Source: Chrysemys picta bellii
Taxonomy: Eukaryota
Assembly (NCBI RefSeq): GCF_011386835.1
Contig: NC_088815.1
Location: 15,314,001 to 15,378,000 of the forward strand
Direction: 5' to 3'
Length of the DNA: 64,000 nucleotides
Within the stretch, counting starts at the first letter, position 1; each line of letters begins with the position of its first letter. The notes under the pieces are model-generated. The model was not told the DNA's origin. It worked only from the letters and a program-made list of their open reading frames with translations, and did not search any database. Shown one piece after another: positions 11,481 through 21,978 of this stretch. Made by a program: the position numbers and the translations under genes.

Positions 11481-14193
11481 ACTCCTACTCTGGAGATCTA
11501 ACGGTTAGAGCCAGGGACGCCTGGGTTCCACAACAAGCGCTAATCCTAACTCACTTTGTGACTTTGGGCCTAGGCCTGCATCTACACGGGTGGGCCCTGA
11601 TTCTGGGCTCCTTTCTTACCTCTCCCACTAACTCCGGGCTCCTGACACTCGGAGAAGCCGTAAAGTGCTCGGCAGGTCTGAGGCTGGGCCCAGCTTTTGA
11701 GATCTTGTCAGGTTTCCGGAAATCCTTCTTACTGCCCTCTGGAATGAGCACCACCTACACCGCCAGCGCCCAGGCCCTGCTGGAATACGGGTTGCAGGTC
11801 ATGCCCTTCCCGGCTCGCTGCATGGGAGGGCAAGGCCGGCGAGGTGGGAGCGCCGTGTTTCCATCTAGCTGCCAGGCCCTAATGATCCTGAGGGTGGAAC
11901 TGGCTGTCGGGAGGGCGGCAGTTCAGGTCTGAAGTGGGCATATTTCATTACATCCCTGTGCACCCCCGAGCCAGGCCAGTTCCTAGGCGAGGGACGTTAC
12001 CAAACAAAGATACATATTGTTGGGCCTTTCCTGACACGCTAGATTTATAACTTTTATTTCACAGGGTTTTTTTTAAGGCAGGAGGAAAAATACCCGCCAG
12101 CCCCCCCACCTGCGCCTCATTCCCGCCCCCCGCCACCCCTCTTTACAATGTCAATCTCGTGCTCGGGAGAGCAATATTTCCTTGCGGGCTGTCACTGCTC
12201 TGTTCATTATGGTTATTTATCATAGCCCCCCAAAGCGTGCTTGGAGCTGCTGACGGGCTGATAACCTCACACCCCTAATGGGGAACACATGGGGCAGGAT
12301 TCTCAGCTGGCGTAGAACAGCATCACCAGCAGTGAGTGTAGATCGGAGTGGAAGCGGGGCAGCCCTCTCCCTGGACCCACCCATGGAGGGGGCAGCACCA
12401 CTTACCCAAGCCAGGGAGCGGAGGGAGAAGGGAGTCCTGCTCTCCCGCACCCTCCCTGTGCTGCTTCGCCTACTCCCCGAAGTTGGTGGCATGGCCCGGA
12501 TTTGCACTGGAGGAGGATCCGGGCCATGTGGACGGAGCAAGGCGAAGGGGCAGGTGGCTCACACTGGCACGTCGTGCCAGCTTATTCCGCTCAATAAAAC
12601 TGGGCCGGGGTGAAAAGCTGCTCGTGAGGTTGCCAGTTTGGTTTTAGTTCTTCCCCCGCTCTGCCCTCTGCGTCCCCCCTGCTGGATCTGATCCAGGCTC
12701 TCGGCCTCCGTGTCCTGCATCGGTGAGTAATGTCGAAGTAAATTGAATAGATTGGGAGCCGTCACAGTAAATCACGCTGGGAGCGGAGTCACATGCTTGA
12801 CAGATAGGGTTTCCAGAGCCCCGCGGCCAGCAGAATCGCTCGCTGCCCAGCGCTCCCTCCCGGCTGCACAGAAAAAGCCAGAGCTGCTCGCTCACGCTGA
12901 TCTCACTGGCAAAGCGTGCAGATTCACGGGAGCCGGCCAAGGCACAGCCCGGCCTTTGTTAGGCGCACTCCCCCGCGAGCATGCCAAGCCCCTGGCAGTG
13001 GGGGGGGAGCGGGACGCTGTGCACTTTGCAGTGAGAACGCTGTGTCCCAGGCTTGCTTCCTCCACTTCTTCAGGGCAGTCATTGGGAAGCGCCCACCCAC
13101 TCCCCTGTGAGCATGCCCAGAGCTAGCCCCGCTGCACGGATGCTTCTCAGCCACTCAAGTTTCGTTAAGGCCTCGATACCCACGTGCCCTGGTGATGGCG
13201 CGGGGGTGTCAGCAAACCCATGGGCCAGGTCCTGCACCGTTCCTGTAGATTCATTAGAGCTACGATTGCACCAGCTGGGGATCTGCGCCTAGGTCTTGAA
13301 CCACCAATGCACAGGACACCGAACCGCCCAGGGAGGGGGGGCTGCCAGAAGCTCTGGCCTGGCGTCACCATCCGCTAAAGGTGAGCCAGGCCAACGCTTT
13401 TCCAAGGGCCCTGCGTATGGGGAGCCCTGTCTGCAGCACGGTGGGACCGCAGAGATGCAGTCTGGGGGAGCAGCAGGTGCTCGACCCCTTTGCTGATCAG
13501 ACTCTAAGGGTCTCGAGTTGGGCACCCAAAAATGGAGGATGCTTCTGGAAGTTTGGGGCTTAAACCCTAAACACACCTGGCTTGGGCTTGGCAGGACCCC
13601 GATACTCTGCTCTTCTTGCAAACTCTCCAGTAAGGGTCATGCGCTGCACCTGCCTTTAATCCCTCAATTGCAAAGTACAAAGGTGGCATCATATTCCCCA
13701 CTGAGCAGCCGGGGCCTGCCCCAGGGCACACCGCAGCGCAATGGCAGTGAGGGGTGCAAAGCCCAGGTGCCAGGCCAGTACCTGTACCAGATGCCAGGGA
13801 ATGTTCCTGCCAAGGCTCCTGGAAGGGATTACTTGCATTGCCTTTTTGGATCTTAAGGGCTCAGTGGCTGGAGAGGCCACGGTACCATTTGCAACCTCGG
13901 TGGGAATGGGTGCGGGTGGCGCGATGCCATCACCGTTCACTTAGGAGCCCCCACGCTGAGACACGGGGTTGTGGTTAAAAGAGAAAAATGCCCAGTTCAG
14001 CCTGGTTCGCGGCCCATCACAAATACATCCATCAGCTTTCAGCCTGCGCAGGAGACACCCGGGCCAGGAAGAGCGGGGTGGGCCACCGGTCGGGACTGAG
14101 GAGCTGTCTGGGATGCCGCCCACTAGAGACGCCGGGGAGCTGGAGGGAAGGCTTACGGGGTGCTGGAGGAACCCAGGCAGGGTGTGAGGGACG

Positions 14194-14609
14194 CTGGCAG
14201 AGCTGTGTGGGGCCCGGGACTGGGCTAGCAGGGAGGCTGTAGGTCAGGACTGAAGGGCACTGGCAGAGCTGTGTGGGGCCCGGGACTGGGCTAGCAGGGA
14301 GGCTGTAGGTCAGGACTGAAGGGCACTGGCAGAGCTGTGTGGGGCCCGGGACTGGGCTAGCAGGGAGGCTGTAGGTCAGGACTGAAGTGCACTGGCAGAG
14401 CTGGGTGGGGCCCGGGGCTGGGCTAGCAGGGAGGCTGTAGGTCAGGACTGAAGGGCACTGGCAGAGCTGTGTGGGGCCCGGGGCTGGGCTAGCAGGGAGG
14501 CTGTAGGTCAGGACTGAAGGGCACTGGCAGAGCTGTGTGGGGCCCGGGGCTGGGCTAGCAGGGAGGCTGTAGGTCAGGACTGAAGGGCACTGGCAGAGCT
14601 GGGTGTGGG
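14194..14609. repeat. 66-bp minisatellite, about 6.3 copies
   Basis: Unit CTGGCAGAGCTGTGTGGGGCCCGGGACTGGGCTAGCAGGGAGGCTGTAGGTCAGGACTGAAGGGCA. Confidence 0.96.
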
Positions 14610-17600
14610 AAAAGCTACACAGCACCTGCTTGCAAGATGCCTGGCTCCAGCCTGCGCTGTCAGCTCCTCAACTTCATGAGCACTAAATTCACTCGCATTT
14701 TAATGGAAAAAACCTTCCCGTGCAATCCTATTCCAGTTGGCAAATATTTACACCTGCTCGTCAACCTCCCTCCCCCGGGCCCCTCCCCCCTTTTCAATAC
14801 AAACAGTTACTGCCTTTGGCATTTCTCAGAAATGACCCCTGCTTCCTACTGGCGCCTCAAGCCACCATCGCTGACGAGGCAGGGGCACATGGGCCGGGCC
14901 CTACCCACTGGGCCGGCTGGTTCGTTGCTAGGGCCACGCCCTTGGGCACATGGTTACCTGAATACCTCGTCCAGGTGAGCCTCAATGCCCCAGGTCCTGG
15001 ATCCCAGCGCACACACCTGAGTTAATAAGAGCTTTGGGTTTTTGGTCTGTGGCGAAAATCCACCTTTCCACCAAAACTGCCCTTGTGCCGTGGGGCGAGA
15101 CACCTCCCCTCCCCTGGCTGGACCCTCCCTGGCCTTTGGAGTGACCCCCAGAGAACCAGCCGCTCTCAGACTCAAGCACCATGCTCAACATTTGTCACAT
15201 TTTTCCCCTCCCTAGAGATTAGCAAACCAATCCACCCGCACTCTCTGGAATTATTTGTGCTGTCTCAATGCAAACACTAGCCAAAAGGCGGGGCTGGCTT
15301 TTTTCAAAGAAGGCTATTGCACAAAGGCGAGCAGATTTGTGTCAGTAGCGTGGAAGGGGTTAAACGGGTTGTAAATTATCCATTAATGTGGAAATGTTAC
15401 TGAGAAGAATATAAGGAAAAACCTGACTGCTGGATTCTTTGCATTTCTAGCTTCTTTATTTTTCCCCCAGGTCACTTTAAAAGGATGCAGAAAGTAATAT
15501 GCAAAGATCTGCTGTGGGCTTGGTTGGGGCTTTCTTCTGGGGTTTTTTACACCGTAGATTTGGAGCCAGATACTCTCATTATCCAAGGACTTTATGGAGT
15601 AAGCCCCTGGCTGGGAAATCAAGTAATTAGATTAACTCAAGAGCTATCTGCGCTGATGATACACAAGGTTCAATGAGGACAGGACGATGAGGGTCCACCG
15701 GTCAATCAAACCGGCCGCACCAAGGAGCGCTGAACTTGAGCCAAGCACAAAGGGGAACCAGTCTCCTTGCCACAGGCAGTTCGGCCCCACCGGCCCAGGG
15801 TTCAGTCACCCGAGCACTTTCAGGGGCTGTCGTTACAGTGGGGCTATCGCTGACCCGCTTACTCACGGTCCCCGTTCTGTCCGCACAGGCCCAGAGGGAG
15901 AGACAGGCGGAGCCGGCAAGGCAGACACAGGGCAGGAGGGGAGGCTGGTACATGTGGTTTCCTACCCAGGGGGGACAGTCCTGTCTGCCCTACAGAGTCG
16001 ATTGTGCCGTGGGGACCCAGCTGTGTCACAGGCTTCTTCCCCACACGGTTCCATCAAGCTGTGTATTCTGTTTGTGCAGCGCCTAGCACATACAATAAGG
16101 AGGTCCCCTCCGGCGCTGGACTTGGTGGGGTGGCAGGACCCCACAGCCTAAAAAGTGGTTTCTAGGGATGGTTGTGGCTTGTCCCCAGTGGGCAGGACAC
16201 ACTCTGTGCAAAGCGGCACAGCCAGTCCCCAGTTTAAATCATGCTGCACGCTGGGGCTGCGTTACCCCCCCGACAGGCTACGGCCACTGCTCCGCGTGGC
16301 TCCTTTTCTTCGCTCAGTGAGCGCCTGGTGAGCCACGGGCGGCTGTGTCAGTCTGTGGGCAGGACGGCGCGGCCATGGAGTCAGCTCTTTAAAGGTCACT
16401 GTCAAAGGGCGAAACGAACCACATCTGGTTTGTGGTGGAGGCACTGACTCAGAGCAAGTGGGGAAAGGAGCTCCCTCCGCCCTGCCTCTGTCTCTGGCAC
16501 TCCCCCTCGGCCTCCGAGGGCCTGATCCTGCCAGGCCTCCTGCGCCCTCAGCTGCCTGCTGGGGCATCTGTCATTATTTATTAGCAGCCAGCACCTGCTC
16601 TCCCAGGACAGTCACGCTCCCCTCTCCCTCTTTTGTGGGGGGAAGGGAGGTGCTGTGCTTTGGGCTTTGCCTTCCTGTCCATAAAACCAAACAGGGACGG
16701 AGAGGTCGGGCCATTCCCCTGCTTTACCCAGAGGAATCTGCCTTCCCTGCCCCTTCCACAATGGATCCCCAAGGCCTCCCCGTGTGCCGGTGCAGTGCCC
16801 AGCGCAGTCCTGGCCTTGGCTGGGGCCTGCAGCCCAAATAAGGCTGAATAATCAAAGCTTCCAGGGCACAGTCTGTGGGTCTCTCAGTGAGGGAAGGGTG
16901 TGAACGGCCTTGAATGTGTGGCTCTGATGTTCAGTCCCACTCAGTGCACGCTGGTCATTTCCTGGCCCTTGCTAGCACGGTCTGTCCCGCCACCAGGAAC
17001 AGATTGTCCCTCCCTCTTCCCACACCCTGGTGTTCCATTCACAAGCATATGGATTTTATAACTAACTATTTCCCCACAGCTGCTCTGACCTCTGGAGCCC
17101 ATAACAAAGCCCCCAGATTTGCCTTCAGTCTGCAATTTCCTTGCTAGAGCCATTAATTTACCCACTTGGCTTTCCTGCACCTCAGCAGCATCGGCATGGG
17201 TGCCCTCGTGCAGGTCGTTTGCTCATGTTTCCAGAGCATTCCCAGAGCAGGGCGAGATCGACACTGGTAGACAAGCCCATAACATCCCCCTGTGGTGGCT
17301 TCCGAGTCTGTCCCCCAAAACACATAGCTTTGCTCGTTGCTCTTTGAGCCAGTTGCTTGTCCTACGCGAAGAATACGCAGCGTGTTCACATGCTTCTCTG
17401 GTGCGGGGTCTGTCCGTCCGGATGCTGGGCTACACTGCTGCAGTGGCACTACCCTCTGGGTGCCTGTCCCCCAGCCCCGCACAGCTCCCTGCAATGGATC
17501 CTGGGTTAGAGGTTTGGTGGGACCTTGTAGAGGAGATTAAAAAAAACAATCAAGATCCTGAAAATTCGTGGTTATTAAAAACCCCACCACCCTTTTCGCA

Positions 17601-17674
17601 AGAGAAGAGGAGTTCGCCCAAAGGACCCGTCAACTTGGGGAACTACATTCAGCCTTCTATAAGGTGTGTGAGCA

Positions 17675-18810
17675 ATGGGTTGGAAAACGATACTCAGAGA
17701 GTAGTGATCACGGTTCACAGCCAACCTGGAAGGGCAAATCGAGTGGGGGTCCCGCAGGGATCTGTCCTGGGGCTGGTTCGGTTCAGTGTCTCCATAAATG
17801 ATTTGGATATTGGCACAAAGAGCACACTTCCAAAGTTTGTGGACAATACCAAGCTATTGCAAGTGCTTTGGAGGACAGGATTAGAATGCAAAATGATCTT
17901 GACAAACCGGAGAACTGGTCTAAAATAAATAGGATGAAATTCAATACAGACAAATGCAAAGTCCTCCATTGAGGAAGGAATAAGCAACTGCACACATACA
18001 AAATGGGCAATGACTGCCTAGGAAGGAGCACAGCAGAAAAGGATCTGGGGATCATAGTGGGTCACAGAGTAAATAGGAGTCAACAAGGTAACACCATTGC
18101 AAAAAAAAGCAAACATCATTCTGGGACGTATTAGCAGGAGGGTTGTAAGCAAGACACAAGAAGTAATTCTTCTGCTGTACTCCACGTGGATACGGCCTCA
18201 ACTGGAGGATTGTGTCCAGTTCTGGGCACCACACTTCAGGAAGGATGCTGACAAATTGGAGAAAGTCCAGAAGAGAGCAACAAAAAATCATTAAAGGTCT
18301 AGAAAACCTGACCTATGAGGAAAGGTTGAAAAAACTGGGTTTGTTTAGTCTGGAGAAGAGAGATGAAGGGGGCTATGATAACAGTCTTCAGTTATATAAA
18401 AGGTTGTTATAAGACGGAGGGTGACTAATTGTTCTCCTTTGCCACTGAGGACAGGACAAGAAATAATGGGCTTAAATTGCAATAAGGGAGATTTAGGCTA
18501 GGAAAAAGTTCCTAGCTGTAAGTTACAAATTACCTGGAGAGGTCGTGGGATCTCCATCATTGGAGGTTTTTAAGAACAGGTTAGACAAACACCTGTCAGG
18601 GGCTAGATCAGTGAATCTCAACAGCCGGTCCGTGGACTGGCGCCAGCCCCTGATATCTCCCGGACAGAGTTTAGGAAGGCAGCAAGCCAGTCCCTGGCAT
18701 CAAAAAGATTGAGAAACATTGGGCTAGATGATACTTAGCTCTGTCTCAGTGCAGGGGACGAGACTAGATGACCTCTCAAGGTCCCTTCCAGGCCTACATT
18801 GCTATGATTC
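17675..18810 (+). mobile_element. 5'-truncated CR1 LINE (ORF2 C-terminus and 3' tail), degenerate
   Basis: Fragments GVPQGSVLGLVRFSVSINDLD, KFVDNTKL and RPQLEDCVQFWAPHFRKDADKLEKVQKRA with frameshifts; 3' end ggtcccttccag...tatgattc. Confidence 0.93.
18609..18721. mobile_element. hAT (Charlie/MER5-like) MITE nested in the CR1
   Basis: Imperfect TIRs CAGTGAATCTCAA / TTGAGAAACATTG; perfect 8-bp TSD GGCTAGAT at 18601-18608 and 18722-18729. Confidence 0.88.
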
Positions 18811-21099
18811 CACCTGAACTCGGAAGTGGAGAAATTATGTTTTGCTTCTTCTCCTGCAACACTGCTGGGTAATGTTTTTCTGTGTCGTTAAACAGATGCC
18901 ACCCCAGAGGCAGATGCTTTTCAATGGAGATGGAAGCAAGCGCTTTATTCAGAGGCAATGAAACGTGATGGGATCTTTTGGGATGAAGGGTGTTACTGCA
19001 TCATACGTACAGCTGTCAGCACCACCGATAATGAATCTGAGCAGGACTGGCCCTGTGATTGCTCTTTGCCACAGTGTGGGGCTGCAGTAGGCACCAGTGG
19101 GGACAACAGGGAGCCTGTCTCTCCTGGGCTCTCCATTACCCACCTGCTAGGCCCAGACCACATGGAGAAGGAGGAAGAGCAGCTTGACTGGAACACAGAG
19201 GGGTGATGAAGAGGGAAGATACAGGGTGGGGAACAGGAGCTAGGGAGCAGCTCCAAAGGAGAGCAGCAGGCGAAGGACGGGAGCTGGGGGGGAGAAGGGG
19301 ATGGGGCAGGGAGAGTTTCTGGGTTGGGGAAGCAGGGGTAGAAGAGTCTGTGACCAGCTCTCCTCTCTACAACCTGGAGTGGAACCCAGGGTTCCCGTCT
19401 CTGCATTCCTTCCCCATCAGCGGAGAGCTGTGCAGCCCTCCGGCAAAGTGTGTCTCCATCCCCCTCTAGCGCTGGGTCCCCACAGAAGAGAACAGCCTTC
19501 TACTGCACCATTGTGGTCGGTGTGGTAGATCTAAAGATCACAACTCTGCTGAGGACCCGTGTGTGGATGTGGGTCCACTGCATGAAACTTTTGTTTTTTT
19601 CAGTGTCAAATTGTATTTATTGGTTTAAATGAGGAAATGATGTCCCAACGGGTTACATTAAAGAACAGGAAGGTTGCAAAGTGAAGCACTGCCCAGTTAG
19701 GAATGCCAGAATGAATCCTGGTGTGCATGCATTGTGATACCCTCTTTAATGACGTGAACACATGCCATTGCAGAGTACCCTTTACACCAAATTGGCTAGG
19801 TCGCACTCGGTGTGCCTGGAAGGCAGGATTGTGAAATCCCTGTGTGGGGAAGGAAGGTGGCTGGGGAGGAGCAAGAAAGGAAATTCTGCTGTGAGAAAAC
19901 CCAGCCTTGCCAAGAACACCCTGTTTATTTATATTTGTATGAAGCACTCAGCAGCGCAGAGGAGTCTAGGTCCTGGACAGATCATTCAAAGCCCAAGTTC
20001 TCTCTGAAAGAAGCATATTCTCTGTCTTGTCCAATCCTTCATTGCCTAGGACCTCTGGCTGGCTCTTTGCTACAGCTCTGCTGTGTGACCCCTGGACTGG
20101 GACGGGGCAGGGACTGGCTTATTGGACCCAGTCCACACACAAAGTTGCACCAGTTTCACATAAGGGGTCTTGAAATCAATATCACTCAAAAAGCCCGTGG
20201 TCACTTTTAATTCCCTGTGAAGCTGGTTGATATTGGTTTAGCTCAAATGGACCTGGCCCCCTTGCTGCCTTCAGCGCCACAGATACAAGGCGGAGTTACA
20301 GGGAAGGAAGAGTTTCTTTGATGGAAAACCTGCCTTTTCAGTGAAATGTACATTGTCAGCAGAAATGGCTGCTTTTCTTGAATTTTGGAAGGGGTTCACC
20401 GAAAAAAAAACAAAGTTCTTTTCATTGCCAAAATCCCTTCAAAATTTAAAAATAAATTTATTTTAATTTGCGGGGGACAAAAACACACACACACACACAC
20501 GAGAAAAATTGGCTGGGGGAAGAAAACGGATTCCCACCCAGCTGTGAAGAGTGCCCGGCAAGTAACTGATTTCTCTGTTGATCTTCGTTAAAGCAGCGCA
20601 ACCCTTGTGCGGAGAGAAGCCCTTTGTCCCTGGTCTGTACAGCGCCGAGCACACCAGGCGCTGAGCGCTTCCTAGCGGGTCTATGCGGCTACAGGAAGAC
20701 GCCCAGCTCCTGCTACTAATAAGGGAAGGGCAGGAGCAACATGAACAAACGAACTTTCCGGGGTGGGGGACAGAAATGGCGGGTTTACTCTTGGCCAGCC
20801 CCGCCCGCGGACTAGGAGCAAGAACCGCTGCGGTCAGGGGGGCCGGGGACAGGGTGAGGCCAGGACAAGGCTCCCAGGCACACGTGGGAGAGCCCAGCTC
20901 CAGGCGCCCGGGGGCTGTAATCCCAGTTCCTGGGCTCAGCTCGGAGGGTTTATTACTCACCTAATCGCGCAGGGAATGTGTCTCTCTTCCAAGCCTCGGG
21001 CGCGGGCGGGACACCCTGACGCTCTCCGCCGAGGGAGTTGGGGAGCGTTATTCTGGGAGGTTGGCTGTGAACCCCCCCCAAGCCCCCCGCCCGCGGGTC

Positions 21100-21219
21100 C
21101 CAGCGAGGAAAGGTTACAAACAGCGCACAAAGAAACCGCGGTGCGCGGGGCAGCAGCCCGTGGCCGGGTTGGTATTTACAGCCGTGACTCACAGCTGATC
21201 TTTGCAAGGGGCTGATTGA
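21100..21219 (+). other. CRLF1: Putative non-coding first exon of CRLF1 (5' boundary approximate)
   Basis: Donor TGA|GTAAGA at 21220 pairs with the acceptor at 21539; CpG-rich with GC boxes upstream; an alternative donor CAGG|GTGAGG lies at about 20854. Confidence 0.45.
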
Positions 21220-21722
21220 GTAAGAGGAGAGCGATTTCAGGAAATGTCATTGAGGTGGGGGGGTCGGGGGGGGGGGCTTTCTCCCACATCCCTCCCTTTT
21301 GCTCTGCAGCAACCCAGAGACAAGGGGGGGGGAATAGGGGAAACACTATAGGATCTCTTCTGAGTAGGGTTTGTAAATTTCTGTCCCCCCATGGGGGCGG
21401 GATCGGGCAGTGTGAGGCGGGGCCAGAGACGTATTAAGAAGCTTGTCAATTTCAGTTGTTCAGACTTGCTTAGGACTTTCCAAAACTTGTTGGTGTTTCT
21501 CTCCCCCCCCACCCACCCACCCCCCCGCTCCTCTTTCAGGCATTCCTCAAGATCTCTTGAAATTTAAAATTGGGGTGTGAGAAATACACACCCGGAACAA
21601 AATTGGGGGAAACCCCATTCCCCATTGGGAGCATCTGCCGGGGAGAAAGGAAACATTTCTGCCCCTCGAGGTGGAGAACAACCCCCAAGCTCCCACACAT
21701 ACACACACAAAAGTGTTGAAAT

Positions 21723-21777
21723 ATGATCACTTTTTTGTTCCTTTGGCTTTGTCTTCCTCGAGTGGAATCCTTGACAT
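21723..21777 (+). CDS. CRLF1: CRLF1 signal-peptide exon ([18 protein letters not shown])
   Basis: aatATG, hydrophobic core, donor T|GTAAGT in phase 1 matching the next exon; strong acceptor at 21539 with no upstream ATG in 21540-21722. Confidence 0.75.
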
Positions 21778-21936
21778 GTAAGTAACGCCTGCATTCCGTT
21801 CTCTCCCGGGCCTGTTCTCGGTAAGGTGGGCAGCAGATGCACGGAGGTTTTGCAAGTTAGTAATAGACCGTATCTGATGGGAGAATGTTAGCAAGAAATC
21901 GATAACTGGCTGGGAACAAGCGAAGGCGAGAGAGAG

Positions 21937-21978
<42 letters not shown>

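Noticed and set aside
14194-14609. Regular repeat arrays (also at 2233 and 32303) as CRISPR-like
   Set aside because: Head-to-tail units with no unique spacers, in eukaryotic context
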